Origin: Mytilus trossulus
Taxonomy: Eukaryota
Direction of reading: 5' to 3'
NCBI RefSeq assembly: GCF_036588685.1
Contig: NW_026963315.1
Span: forward strand, 3,658,001 to 3,722,000
DNA: 64,000 nt
The translations under genes were made by a program, and so were the position numbers. The notes under the pieces were generated by a model. It worked only from the letters and a program-made list of their open reading frames with translations. It searched no databases and was not told the DNA's origin. Below, in pieces: positions 38,400 through 52,649 of this stretch (position 1 is its first letter; each line of letters opens with the position of its first letter).

Positions 38400-39640
38400 A
38401 ATGTCGGACTACAAAAAAGTCGATACCAAAACTATCTCTAGACTGAACTCTGTACTTGCTGTCGTAGTAGATCTCCAGACACAATGCGGACAGCCTTAGT
38501 GCGAAGTTACTAGGATATCACAAATTAGATTTAATGATAACTCGAATTGAATGCGTAGAACAGAAGTGCGAAATTGTGTTGAACCGGAATAAAATGATCG
38601 AAGAAAAAGGGGAACATATGGATGCGGTTGTGCATAAAATTGTAGATCGATGCATAGAAAATATGTCTAATATTTCATTGTTAGAAGAAGCAAAAAATGA
38701 TGAAGAAAACACATTCGATTTAAAATGCGTCAATGAGCGATTGACAAATATTGATAGCGATGTCGAAGAGTTACAATAGAGATCGATGACTAACAATATC
38801 ATTATATCCGGAATAAAACAGGAGGCAAATGAGGATACAGAGATCACTGTAAGGGATTTTATCCACAAAAAACTTAGAATCGGTAAAAATATCGATTTCG
38901 TTTCTGTACATCGTTTTGGAAACAAAGACAAATTCTTCAGAGAATAATGACTAAACTTGTATCGTTGAAAGATAAACATTCAGTTATGAGAAACTGTCAC
39001 AAATTAACAGGGACAAATATTTCTGTCAGAGCACAAAATTGAAAAGAAGAGGAAATACCTTTAATCTGTGCTCAAGCAGGCAAAGAAAGACCGAAAGAAA
39101 GCTGTATTGATAAGAGACAAACTTTTCATAGAAGGGAAATTATACGAACCAAACGATGGCAGAGAGCCTAACCTAAACACACGGATAACAAAGAAACGCA
39201 GAACAGAAACACTCAAAATCTTGAAGCAGATAGTTTATGTGATAAAAGTCCTATCATTAATAACCCGACCCAGTGATTTTACCCATGGAATAATCCGATA
39301 CCAACACAACGGAAAATTATAAAGCGGAACAGAATTCATTCTAACGAACCTGATTCGAAAAGCTTGACCAATGTAAAATCAATGCGAAGTGCATGACCTC
39401 TAGTAATACTCTATCTTGAAATTTTTATTCTACGCTATTACTATCCTGAACTTATTTCACAAATACTGAAAACCTCTTTTTCATCCGTAGTGATAAAACG
39501 GTTGCGTAATTTTTTATTTGTCATATTTGTAGACCAATTTATTATTTTGTATACTACATATATTATGTTGCTCTTGTTGCACACAATGTGTGCCTGAGTG
39601 TATTAATAAAACTTGTCTTGTCTTGTCTAGTCTTGTCTTG
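38400..39640 (+). mobile_element. Internally deleted non-LTR retrotransposon: decayed ORF1 (coiled coil + RRM-like + CTD) and 3' tail
   Basis: RSMTNNIIISGIKQE..EDTE..VRDFI...IDFVSVHRFG and KAVLIRDKLFIEGKLY match the CR1/L2-type ORF1 pattern, with stops and frameshifts; AATAAA + (CTTGT)n tail at 39605-39640. Confidence 0.7.
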
Positions 39641-40258
39641 ATTGCATATTGTTATCTCTTCGTTTGTTCATATTATTTAAGTATTTGAAATAAAATTAAC
39701 TTCGGTGCACTCGATATGGTGCATCAAGAACCTGTCTTCATATGCTATTCTCTTTTTTCTAATTTACCATGTATAGAATAAAACCTGAGAAGTAACAAGA
39801 AACTAATAGGGGAGGACTACATTTTAAAATATAATATATATAAAACTTGCCATTATTAGCTGTTTTGATTATATCCTCTTTGTAAGCCACACTGAAATAA
39901 TGTATCTGAAGTGATTCTGAATACACATTTGATACTTATCCAAAGTTTGAAACAACACAATCACTAATAACGACAGCTCTTTATTTATTTTTGCATAAAG
40001 AATATACTTTCATCACTTTATCCATTTTGAAACACAAAACACATGTAAAGGTATTCACGGAAACAATGACTATGAGCGGAAACTATGAGTATTCCTTTCG
40101 CACGCAAAAATCATGAAACGCATACCCTGTGTCTTATGCTTTATATAGCAATACATGTTGATTACCTCTAGCTGTACTTACTTTTTTCTCTATTTTTTTA
40201 AGTTGAGGTACTGTTCAAAGGGGCCAACATGTAGGATATATTTTAATGAAATATAGAT

Positions 40259-40378
40259 TAATAGGTAGTTCCTTTTTTGATACTAACTATATCACGTGGA
40301 ACATCTAGACGAGCCCGTAAGGGCGATTTAAGATATTCCACATGATATAGTCAGTATCAAAAACGAAACTACCTATTA
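40259..40378. repeat. ~120-bp palindromic hairpin element with central gcccgtaagggc
   Basis: taataggtagtt...gatactaactatatca mirrored by tgatatagtcagtatc...aactacctatta. Confidence 0.8.
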
Positions 40379-42071
40379 TTCTGTTTATCGGTTATTATGA
40401 CGTCACACAATGTATTGCCTATTTTTTTCAGTGATATAGCCAGTACGTTGATACTAGAAAATACTAGGCAGTAAGATGAAATGGAAAATATACGAATTAC
40501 CGATAAAGGAAGTTTATTCACAAAAAATAATATTATCGGTTTATATCCCTTCCATAATAATCGAGAAAAGGGAAAAGATGAGGGAAAATATGGAAAGGGC
40601 GATGGAAATTGTTGGTCTCTTTCATTTTTAATATTTTCAATTGATTTTTTTTTATAATGCTGTATTATTAAATTGATGTATTATGTATGTTTATATACAT
40701 GCTTCTTGTATGTCAAAATTCTGACTTAATTACATTTATCGCTTTGAAAGTATATATTATTGTTGTATTCACATTGAATGATTGAAAATAAGTTTGAATA
40801 TTAAAATATATTACCCAACAAAAAGTACACCTACATGTATTTCCTAAACTTAAGTTTGATTTTAGTTTTAATGCAACTCTGTAAGTGTACGAGTCAGATA
40901 TTAGTTCTTGAAAAGATGTTTGAATGTCTGTTCACCAATTCTCGTAGTTGACCTTCTAGTTAGAGATACTTTTTAAAGTTGCTTTTCTCAGGAGGATCAT
41001 TAATAGCCATAAACAACGGAAATATCGAGTTTGTTTTAGCCCAACGAATTAAGATTTAAAGTTTTTCAAATCTTTTAATTGCATTTTTTTTTAAATTGTG
41101 ATTAATTTGAATACCTTTTATATCTGAACTATAGCACTTAAAATTTGTTAAAACGCAAATATTCTTATTTTAACATATATTTTTTTACGTAGACGAAAGT
41201 CAATTTTGCCATGCATGGAACCCGTCAAGGATTCATAAAGGGAAGTGATGTTTTTTTTAAACTGTGTCATAACAGAATCGTTGTTAGGCAATTGGACTGT
41301 TAGTTTATCGGTTTCTCTATTTTACTTTTAGTGGATTCAAAAGTTCTTTCTCCTTAAACATTGATATTTCAAACATCGGCGTAATGACAAAAGTGCAACT
41401 GAGTTTCATTTATTTTTGGTGTCTTATTTTTTTAAGGTTAACGGATAAAAAAAGTATAGCTTTTTTTGTATATTGATCCGCACCAATGGCTGATAGCAAA
41501 TCGTCATTCAATAGTTATTACCATTCTCGTAAATATCAAAACAAAAGCCGATACTTTTGTTTACTATTGTAGAAAATGTTGCGATAGAATTCATAGAAAT
41601 GCACGTAAAAAAGAAAGATTTTTTTTCACGTAAACTCTCAAGATTTTGTCAAATTCAATTAAAATGATGAACGACACAAATATTTTTAAAGTTCAAGTGA
41701 AATTTACCTAAATTTGTTCATTTATAAACTCATTTGAGGTGAATTTCAGGTTAAGTTTTTCACTTAACTTTTAAGTGAGATTTATGGGAAATCCACTTGA
41801 GTAAACGTTGCTGTGCAGGATCCGTATTTTTGTCTTGTTAAAGTAAACATGATAATGTAAAGGAATGTTGGAAACCTAGTAGAGTTATACGAAAAAATGT
41901 ATTGACTTTTATTGACGGAAAGTTCAACATTTATTTCGCTAACACAAAACGAAATAGCATATTTTTTTTCATTCATATTTTTATTTCAGGTTAAAAGTGG
42001 ATTGCAGATGAACAAATGTTGCACTTACAAGGGATTCTATTCAAAATCAACTAAGACAATCTATTATAGAA

Positions 42072-43830
42072 ATGGCCACCAAAGAATGTGCATTATTTTG
42101 CGTCATTTGTCAATGCAAGGACATTAATAAATCAGCGCAAGAATACTGTCCACAATGTGAAGAGGCTCTTTGTGGTGACTGCAGAGACAACCATAAAATA
42201 TAAAGATTATCAAAATCACATCAGACAATCTCTATAGACAAATATAACAAATTACCATCAGTTATCAAGAAAATTAACCATAACTGTGAGGAGCACGGCT
42301 TTGTCCTTGAATTCTTTTGTAAATCCCATAACTTTCCTTGTTGTAAACGTTGCGTGATATTAGGGCATAAGGAATGCAAGGACATTATTTTCATAGAGGA
42401 TTTTTTAACACCTTCTTCAAGACATCAGTCAGCAGCTTTGGATAACATTGTAAAAATTGTTAAAGATCTGGAAGGCAATATTTCGACCGCTTTAAAGGAC
42501 AGACATCGAAATTTGGCTGATTTACGTGAACAGAAGGAGGTGATTATAGAACGAATAAAAGAAAAGCGGAAAGAAATTAATAATATTTTTCAAAAATTAG
42601 AGGACGCAATACTAGAAAAATTATCTGCAACGGAGAATGAATACTGTCTGAAAATAGAAGAAATAATAGAAAAACTGAATGAGAGGAAGATGAAAGTAGA
42701 CGAAATTAAAAAAGATGTCGAATCTATGAAAATGTTTGCATCCGATCTGCAAATATTCATGGGAACAAAGACATTCGAAGAAAATGTATCTACTAATGAA
42801 CGTAACCTCCAAGGTTTGTATGACAATGGGAGCTTTGAAAACTTAAAAATTGTATGTATTTTAAATGAAAAACTAAACAGAATAATAAGCGAAATAAAGA
42901 CATTTGGTGATATATATGTTAACAAATGTGAAAAGCATGCTTCTTTTTCATGGAACGGTGACAAATCATCACCAATTTTAAAACCTATGACGGGAGACAA
43001 CTCGATTATTAACATAAACGTCAAGCTAGTACATAAGATTATTATAGATGGTCATAATATTAGTGGATGTGCCATTTCAGAAGCTGGAGACATGTTGTTT
43101 CAAAATTTGCAGCAGAATACTCTGCTTAGATTTGCACCTAATGGTGAATTCCATTCCAGTTCAAATATCAAAGGTGCAGGATTTCAGAGTGGTTATGACC
43201 TTGCAGTGGTCAATTCCAATACGATAGCTGTATCAAGTGGTGGATATCCCCCACACAAGATTTACTTAATTGACATAAATGGTGCAGAAACACGGCGTTT
43301 GTTTAATCTGGACGACTACTGTTACGGTTTAAGCTATCACAATGGATCGTTTATGTATTCTACTCTGGGAAAGGCATTATAGTATTCGACATGTCGCAGC
43401 AAGATTTTACTCACGTCCAGAAAAAAGTCAATACACCCATAAATGGATACCATACTTACGTTGCCTCAAACCAAAATGGCATATTTCATTCCAACTGTCA
43501 TGATCATTCTGTCATATGTTACGATAAAAGTGGAAATATACCGATTCGTTGCTCAGAAAACCATACGGCATCACATTAGATTCTAATTCGAACAGTTACG
43601 TAGCTGGTTCTGATTCAAACAATATAGTTGTGATATCACCCGATGGAAAACATGCAAAAGAGCTAGTTGGAGCTAGTGACGGGATTTTAAATCCTCGTGC
43701 CATTTTCTTTCATAAAACAAAACACTTGCTTTTAGTAGCAAACTATAACAAGGGCGCCTTCGTGTATGATGTAAGATACAATAAACCTTCACTACTGGAA
43801 TCACATTTTTGTTACCAAATTCAGAATTAG
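42072..43830 (+). pseudogene. TRIM-like pseudogene 4
   Basis: ATG 42072 (MATKECALFCVICQ); in-frame TAA at 42201 where paralogs have TCA/TCG; frameshifts at ~43375 and ~43535 (deletion of the QVQW codons). Confidence 0.88.
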
Positions 43831-44259
43831 ATAAAAGTCTTAGAGTCAATTTTCTATCGAACTTATAGCAGGCTATTTTCAGGCTTAAATGGTTTTAACA
43901 AGGGACTACTAGAGGACTATCTTACACCTTATACATAATAAATCTATTTAAATCTACAGGTATATCTGTTTCGTCAATAGTCATGTGTAAATATAAGTAT
44001 AATGATAGTGTTAGTGTCAAGTATGGTCAGGTAACGAAAGTAGTCCAATGAACACCGTCGTTTTAACGTAGTTATTATACTATACATAAAAATATTTAAT
44101 TTCGCGAACAAAAAATTCTTCATCGTTTTTCTATTTTGTATATACTAAAAACATTCCATTTTTCTATAATGTCGTTAAAATGTGCAAAACCTGCAGTTAA
44201 AATAGGTCACATGCCCCAAATAAACATTCCCTGATTGGTTGAACTACTGTGGCGTCGAT

Positions 44260-44662
44260 ATGGATGCAGATATTGCCTAATGCACCCAAACCGGTAGATC
44301 GAATCTACGGTACATCAAATAAAAACATCATTTTTTATTCCAACTTTCGGGATTATTCTGTAGTTTGTAACGATTTCAGTGGAGAAGTACAATTGACATA
44401 TCCTGATTTATTACTCCAAAAACAATACGGCATCACCTTAGATTCATACTTCAACATTTATGTTCCTGGGTCTGATTCAAATAATGTCGCAGTGATATCT
44501 AAAGATGGAAAACGGGCCAAACAGCTCATTGAACCCAGTAATGGAATTCTAAATCCAAGTGCGGTATTTTTTTCATAAAACCAAAAACGTCCTTCTTGTT
44601 GCTAGCTATGATGGAGTTGCCTTTCCGTTGGCGTTTAATACAGTAAATATTTTGCTGATTGA
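44260..44662 (+). pseudogene. 3' fragment of a TRIM-like gene (last propeller blades), with gene-1-like C-terminus and 3' flank
   Basis: QILPNAP...YGITLDSYFNIYV.GSDSNN; frameshift at ~44575; the downstream flank matches 16690-17260 and resumes at ~46125 after repeat insertions. Confidence 0.82.
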
Positions 44663-45009
44663 AAACTAGCATATGTTTAATGCTTAATATCAAATGAATA
44701 CACTAACACTATAAAGTGAAAAAAGTAAAATCACAAAAATACTGAACTCCGGGGAAAATTCAAAACGAAAAGTCCCCAATTAAATGGAAAAAGCAAATGA
44801 TAAACCACATCAAACGAATTGACAACAACTGTCACATTTTGACTTGGTACAGACATTTTCAATCGTAGAAAATGGTGAATTAAAACTGGTTTTAAAGTGC
44901 TAAACCTCTCACTTGTAAGCCAGCCGCATGAAATTATATTATCTTGCAAATGGATTGTGAACAAAACAACCAGACACCATAGGTACAAATGTCACAAATA
45001 GTGGTACAA

Positions 45010-45378
45010 AAGCAACACGAACCCCACAAACACTTGGGGTGAACTCGGCTGCCCCGGAAGGATATGACGATCCTGCTCAAGACGCGGCGCATGTCGCGTT
45101 GCTCATGTTATTACGAAGCCGGTAAATAGTCTAATTCGGTAGGTCAAATTCGTGAATAGGGAAAGGCATTGCAGTGACGACATAAGGAACATATCCGATA
45201 TCATCTGTGAAACGGATATTCCACAACGGTTTACCCACCCGTGATGGTGTCTGTAAAATTTACAAAGTGATGATTTCATTTTCACTATTTGGAACTATTG
45301 GTCTACAAAATTCACTATTGGGAAGATGAAATTATCGCTTTTATCGTAAAGTTTTGTTTAAACAGACACTCATATCAG
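45010..45378 (-). mobile_element. Internally deleted Penelope-like RT remnant
   Basis: Minus strand encodes TKLYDKSDNFIFPIVNF fused to KSSLCKFYRHHH..VNR.GISVSQM, two recognisable PLE RT C-terminal blocks. Confidence 0.62.
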
Positions 45379-48279
45379 GAATCTGATGTACAGTAGTTGT
45401 CGTTTGTTTATGTAATATATACGTGTTTCTCGTTTCTCGTTTTGTTTATATAGATTAGACCGTTGGTTTTCCCGTTTGAATGGTTTTACACTAGTAATTT
45501 TGGGGCCCTTTATAGCTTGTTGTTCGGTGTGAGCCAAGGCTCCGTGTTGAAGGCCGTACTTTAACCTATAATGGTTTAATTTTTAAATTGTTATTTGGAT
45601 GGAGAGTTGTCTCATTGGCACTCACACCACATCTTCCTATATCTACTCATAGTCAATATCTGAATATAAGTCCTAATAAAATGGCAAAAATCAAAAGCTC
45701 AAACTCATCAAACGAATCGATAACTGTCATATTCCCGACTTGATACAGACATTTTCTGATGTAGAAAATGGTGGATTGAACCTAGTTTTATAGCATTTAA
45801 ACTCACTTGTATTACAGTCGCATCAAATTTCATTATATTTACACGAATGCGTGAACAAAACAGACATAAAATTGTCAAAATAGGGGTTCAACAATAATCA
45901 CCTTGTCACAATCTCATTTAAAACAAAAACAAACAAATATTTAACGTCAAAATGTAATCGTCACACAGGTAGATATACACAATGATTTTGTCGTTCAAAA
46001 TATTTTCTAAATTATTATAGAACCATTACATAAAGGCGGGATGTTTAAAAGTACATAACCACGTCATATGTACCAAAGAAACCCCAAAAATCACACAAGA
46101 CGTGACATTACATAGACATATCTACTTAGTATCGTCAAATAAAATAGTGCACTTTTCTTTCATTAATTTCATCATCAATAATTAAAATCAAATGGTGTAA
46201 TAAAACCTTTTTTCTATTGTATGCCAAACGATATCGCGTGGGACAAGACATCCAATAAATGTCTGGTTTGTATTGAGTAAGGCTTAACAAGATTCTTTTC
46301 CATGGCTTTCATACATTGATTACAGAACACAAATCATTCAGTTGCATTGTAAACGTATATTTGTTCCACTTAACAGATGTTCCGCTAGAAACATGTGTCA
46401 TTACATTTGTTTCTGTTGGAACAAATATTCTATGTCTATTTATTCAGTTAGGAAAATATACTGTTAAATTCATTCCATTGGAAATATTATTCCAGAAGAC
46501 TTTCACCATTGGGAACTAAAATTATGAAGGAACTTATATTTCGCGACACCACCAGCATTCATGAATCTGAATTACTTACAACAGATTTCAACCAGTTTAA
46601 AGTTTGTGAGAGTAATCTGTCAAATTTACACGTATATCGATTTCGGAAAAAAACGTCTTAAACCTATTTGAGCAATGGTCAACCTTTGATTGTAAATAAG
46701 GGCTACATAGTCAACGGGCTACCTGACACAGAACAGGGCTAGTTGAATATAATGTTTACTAGCCCTGCGGGCTAGTGCCTACAAAATGTAGTGTCAACCC
46801 CTGGTCAATTGTGTATCCGCCAACTTATTTAAAACAAAAGTATTCCGATGAGCACGTGTAGATTAAGTGAAATTTAGTTTATGAAAATATTATAGGAATT
46901 AGTTCTTTTTAATTCATTTATACAAGACAAACAAATTGCAATACATGCATTCCACCTTTAAGTCTAAACATGAATCATGTCAGTGTTCAATATTTGGAGA
47001 AAAAAACATACATGAAATGAAAAATTGTTGCATGAATAATACATGATGACCCTTGGCACAAAATACAAACAATTCATTCTTTAAATCATATGTATGGTTT
47101 GTTATTTTTGCGACATCAACCTGAGTATATCAACGACCCAATTTATAACAAAATTATCAAGGAAAACCACACAAGACAGACATAAACCATCGAAACAAGT
47201 GAAGAACAGGCTCCTGACTTGGCACATATCAAATGTGGCGGAGTTAAACGTGTCTGTAAGCAACTAACCTAGTCTTACATAGGACTGTGGTGTAACAGCA
47301 CAACATACTAGCAAACTGTAAAAATCATTTGCAATTGACTGATAACTCAAAAGTATGTACGAGACACACAAACTATTTACATAAAAAACACTAATATGTG
47401 CAGTTATTGAAAGCTAGATCAAAACCAAATGCAGGTAACAAATGTTATGTTTGCTGGACTAACTAATAGATTAGGAGATCCAATGGATTCATAATAAAAA
47501 AAACATCATAAACAGTCTTGTATTCGTTGTCAAGATATAAGTAAGCAGTATGGACTTTGATATCATTGAAGGATGGGGGTTATGTACACATCTAACGTAG
47601 TTCAGATTTACACTTGTTAATTAATTTCTACGTCGTGTAGTTTTTGGTGAAGAGTTGTCTCACTAGCAATAATACCAGATTTTATTTTTCTTAATATATT
47701 GTTCAAGTAAAGATCCTCTTTGCTCACGGAAGGTATCTATATTATTTTGTATAGTATAAAATTGTCGAGGTTAGATATCATTTTGATTGACTGAGTGCCT
47801 ACCGTTATACTTCATATTAAGTAATTGCATTCTCAAGATCATCAGTAAATAACTAAGGGACAGTAATACTGTCGTCCCCAGTAATAATATCTATTATTAT
47901 ACTTCGCGTTTAAATGCCATATTTTGATTGGCTAATACGAGGCTGTTAATTTACTCTATCACATGGCTGAGCGGGTGACAATTTTGTGGAATGTTCCCCT
48001 CTCGTCAAGACCAATCAAAAATCAATAATTTAAAGGACAATGAATGAATTTACATCAAGTAATTAAATACAATACTTTAAGTTCTACGTTTTGGCTCAGA
48101 TTTTATCATTTGACTGTTAAAATAAAAGAAATAAAACACCTTGCTTGACTTGTGTTTTTTTTCTAGTACCTGTAACGTTGTTATGTACTCGACTTCATAA
48201 CAATACTTTTAAAATAAGGTAATCTGTAATAGACAATAATGATAGGACATTCAGTATAATAAATTAAATAATACTTAAC

Positions 48280-48390
48280 TGAGAGGTTGATAGAGCAGAT
48301 TGGTACCCCTCGAAAAAGCATTGTCAACCTTGGCTTCACCGCGGTTGACAATGTTTTCTCGGGGTACCAATCTGCTCTATCACCCTCTCA
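48280..48390. repeat. ~110-bp palindromic hairpin element
   Basis: tgagaggttgatagagcagattggtacccc...attgtcaacc mirrored by ggttgacaat...ggggtaccaatctgctctatcaccctctca. Confidence 0.85.
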
Positions 48391-49885
48391 CCTTTTTTCA
48401 AAGAATTCAATCAGTGATTTTTTTTCAGAAAATAATGGAGATCAATAGATTATTTTTTTCGATTATCCAAAGAGCCAAACTAATATGAAAATATTTAACA
48501 AAATTTATAACATAGCCCATTTACTGTTTCTGGACCTAAAATAAAAACAATATGGTGATATTGGAAGAAGGTTAGATAAGTCTTAGTGACATCGGCATCA
48601 AACTGACCTTCAAAGGATCGTTTTTTGTTTTTAAACTTTCTAAGGGTCAGGCAGACACTGAAAAATACTATTACACTTTTTTTAAGTTGTGAATGTAAAT
48701 CTGATAAAATACCATCACATATATATTCATTATTTACCAAGGCAGGCTCTTTCCTTGTTTAAGAGATTCGAAAGAGGTGTTGTGCTCTCCATTATTATTT
48801 TTTCTTCATTTCTATTTATGTATTGTGTTTCAGTTCGAAGTATTTTTATAGTTCGTTATTATGATGTACTGTTACACCATTGTCCGAGGTTAGGGGAGGA
48901 TTGGGATCCCGCTAACAATTTTTAAACCCGCCACATTCTCTTTGTATGTGCCTGTCCAAAGTCAGGAGCCTGTATTGCAGTGGTTGTCGTTTGTTTATTT
49001 GAAATATATTTGTTTTTAGATCATCGTTTTGTACATGAATTATACCGTTAGGTTTATCGTTTGAATTGTTTTACATTGTTATTTGGGGGCATTGTATAGC
49101 TGACTATGCGGTATGGGCTTTGCTCATTGGTGAAGGCGCACGGTATAGTTGTAAACTTCTGTGTCAGTTTGGTGTCTCGTTGAGAGTTGTCTCATTGGCA
49201 ATCATACCAAATCTTCTTTTTTTTATTAGTTTGAATACAAGGATTTTCCTATTCTTTTTCTGCTAGTTGTATTTAAAATTGAAGAGATCAATGATCGATG
49301 CATCGATTTAAAAAAAGAATTAAAAAAACAAAACATTTAAGTGCGGACAGACTTATACCATGAATTTTTTTAACTGAGCATGAAACATATGTCATACACT
49401 ACGATTTAATCTGTAATGTTATTGAAAATATGAAGCAACAATACTCGTTGTATTAAAATAAAGGTAATTGCTTTGCTTTATTAGACAATAAAAACATTGT
49501 TTTATTCGTTAATTAAGGAGTTGACAGTTAGCATGGTAAATTGTCGTGAAGAGGAATTGAAATACGACCGTGTTTACACAATGTTAATTGTCTAGATAAA
49601 CAGCCACCAGGCAAGGAAGGACATCGATAAAAGAATCAACACATTTTTATATTTCAAAATATTAGAAGATTTCATTGGTTTCGACAATTTTCGTTTGCGT
49701 TGTTTGCTCAAATGTAATAAAATTGACTGCGATGGGGAATGATTGAGATGTAGTGGTTTGTATTGAATTGTAACGACCCAATATAGGGACATTTAAATAT
49801 TTCAAATACTTTTGATATCGTTATGTGTCCTATTTGTAAATGTTGTATTGATCTTTTACACACTAGTGTATGTGTACAATCACAG

Positions 49886-49966
49886 GTAAACTCTATAAGT
49901 ATATATAGCAAAGTGTTAATGTATGGAGATAAACACCAACTAAAATTCGTACGATGTTGCAATCAG
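49886..49966 (+). other. Conserved 81-nt non-coding element (probable 5'UTR exon) of gene 5
   Basis: cacag|GTAAAC...GCAATCAG|gtagg. Confidence 0.58.
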
Positions 49967-50936
49967 GTAGGAACGATGAAAGCAATAGTTCTAAATTCCA
50001 TATTGGGTCATATCGGCTTTTCAAATGTTTTGCATCAAATCAGATGTTCGAAACTTTCCGGGTAACAAAAACAGAAATGTACACGCAAAATCACACCCAT
50101 GTACCAAACATTACACAAATTACAATAGCGTTTAAAATACAAAGTCCACATCAATAAAGACTTTGTAGTTGTAGAAATACATGTATCTGGTGATTAAATA
50201 ATATACGCGTGTAAATCTAGACGAAACGCGTACATAGTGTTGTCTTTCGCCGATGCGAACTAGTCGATTAAAAACGGGTATGCTCTTTATGACACTATAT
50301 CTTCAGAGCTGCCGACTTTCCCTGGCTTCTGAGTACAAACGATTCTTTAACAAGTGGACAAAAAGTAAAGTGGTACATCAAGCACAATATCATTTATGTA
50401 TTCACATTGAAATAGTGAAAATAAGTTAAGATATTAAAGAATATTTACTGACATAAATTCTAAAAAAGGTTCACATTACATAAGTTATAAGTATTATTAA
50501 AATTTAAAGAAGTGTATACGTAGTCTTAAAAAAGACTTTGACCTAGATTATCGTTTTCTCTCTTTTAATTTTTGGTTTATTTGAGAAAAGTACATGCTCC
50601 AAATATCAGCGTCATTATTTTTATTTTATTTAAAAAAAAGATTGTAATTTCCCCCCCTTTTTCGGCAAGATAACGGACTGAATATAGTATCGACATGATC
50701 GAAGTATTGAGGTTTTGAGCCAAAATTATACTACACCACTGATTCAAAAATTCAACGGAAAATCCCTAATAAAATGAAAAACGCAAACACATCAAACGAA
50801 TGGTTAACAAAAGATAATTTTGCTCTTCCATCAGCATACTTTTTTACATTTACACTTTTTCTGTAGGTCATATGGTTGATATGTCCAAGTAATAAGCAAT
50901 CTGATCAAACATCAACTCAGACGAGCTATAATTGAA

Positions 50937-52649
50937 ATGGCAACCAAAGAAAGTGCATTATTCTGCGACTTTTGCCAAAACAAGCAACTCAACAAGTCAG
51001 CGCAGGAATACTGTCCACAGTGTGAAGAGGCTCTTTGTGGCGACTGTAGAGACAATCATAAAATATCAAAATTATCAAAATCAATCTCAATAGAAAACTT
51101 TAAAAAATTACCATCATTTATCAAGAAAATTAGCCATAACTGTGAGGAGCATGACTGTATCCTTGAATTTTATTGCAAATTTCATGACTCACTATGTTGC
51201 AAAATTTGTTCGATATCAGCTCACAAAGAATGCAAGGAAATTATTTTTATAGAAGATTTTCTTTCGCCTTCAAAGGGATACCAATCAGTAGCTTTGGCTA
51301 ATATTGAAAAAGTTCTGAAAAATATGGAAAGTAACATTTTTTCTGCTATAAGGGATAGAAAAAGAAATTTAACGGAATTACGTGAACAAAAGCGGGTTAT
51401 TTCTGAACATATCAAAGACAAGCGTAACGAAATTAATGCATTTTTAGACCATTTAGAAGAAGAATTACAAGAAAAGGCATCTACAGTTGAGAAGACAAAC
51501 TGTGAGAAAATAGAAGAAATAATTTCGGAATTGGAGGACCAAAAAGAAAAAGTAGACGGAATTCAAAAAGATGTTGAATCTGTCAAAATGTTTGCATCCA
51601 ATTTGCAAATCTTCATGGGAACAAAGGCATTCCAAGAAAAAATTTCAACCAATGAAATCAACGTCCAACAAGTATATGACAACGGGAGCTTAAACAACGT
51701 GACAATGAAATGCACTTTTAATGAAAAGCTAGAGGGGGTTATAAAACATATTAAAACATTTGGTGATGTAGAAATTGATAATAGTGAAAAACATGTTTCT
51801 TTTTCATGGAAAGGTGACAAATCAGCACAAATTTTTAAATCAAAGTCAGTAGCAAAATCTATTGAAACCATAAACGTCAGGTTAGGACGAAGGATAAACA
51901 TAAATAGCAACAATTACGGTATTTCTGGATGTGCAATATTAGAAGATGGAAACATGCTATTTCTACAAGCACACAACAATAGTATAATGAAATATGCGCC
52001 TAATGGTGAATTCATTTCAGAATCATGTATAAACCCAGCGACGAGCGGCATTGGGTATGACCTTGCAGTGATTGATTCTAATACGGTTGCTGTATCAAGT
52101 GGTAGAAATCCCCCCCAACAAATTCACTTGATTGATATGAATAGTGCAAAAACGAGTAAAGTTTTTTATCTGGGGGACTGGTGTTGCGGTTTAAGCTACA
52201 GCAACGATTCATTTGTTTGTTGCACGTATCACAATGGCATTAAAATATATGATAGGTCGCACTCTAGGGTCCGGATACTGCCAAATTCTCCCAAATCGGC
52301 GGATGATACCTACGTTGCCTCAAATGCAAATTACATTTTTCATACCAATTGGCGTGATGATTCTGTTGTATGTTACGATTTCAGTGGGCAGGTACAATGG
52401 AAATATGTCGATTCTACATTGCTTAGAAAACCGTACGGCATCACATTAGATACTAATTCGAATATTTATGTTGCAGGTTCTGACTCGAACAATGTAGTCG
52501 TGATATCTCCAGATGGAAAACAGACAAAAGAGCTAATTGGAGCTAGTGACAAACTTACAAATCCTCGTGCCTTGTTCTTTCATAAAACAAAACACTTGCT
52601 TCTAGTAGCAAACTATAATAATGGCGCCACGGTGTATGGTGTTATTTAA
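50937..52649 (+). CDS. RING-less TRIM-like protein 5 (mosaic; 3-aa deletion in B-box1)
   Basis: Intact 570-aa ORF; acceptor ctgtag at 50866. Confidence 0.9.
   Translation: MATKESALFCDFCQNKQLNKSAQEYCPQCEEALCGDCRDNHKISKLSKSISIENFKKLPSFIKKISHNCEEHDCILEFYCKFHDSLCCKICSISAHKECKEIIFIEDFLSPSKGYQSVALANIEKVLKNMESNIFSAIRDRKRNLTELREQKRVISEHIKDKRNEINAFLDHLEEELQEKASTVEKTNCEKIEEIISELEDQKEKVDGIQKDVESVKMFASNLQIFMGTKAFQEKISTNEINVQQVYDNGSLNNVTMKCTFNEKLEGVIKHIKTFGDVEIDNSEKHVSFSWKGDKSAQIFKSKSVAKSIETINVRLGRRININSNNYGISGCAILEDGNMLFLQAHNNSIMKYAPNGEFISESCINPATSGIGYDLAVIDSNTVAVSSGRNPPQQIHLIDMNSAKTSKVFYLGDWCCGLSYSNDSFVCCTYHNGIKIYDRSHSRVRILPNSPKSADDTYVASNANYIFHTNWRDDSVVCYDFSGQVQWKYVDSTLLRKPYGITLDTNSNIYVAGSDSNNVVVISPDGKQTKELIGASDKLTNPRALFFHKTKHLLLVANYNNGATVYGVI

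Noticed and set aside
46695-46803. Possible hAT-like terminus (...caacccctg with gggcta subrepeats)
   Set aside because: Only one end was found, with no matching TIR or TSD, so it is too weak to call.
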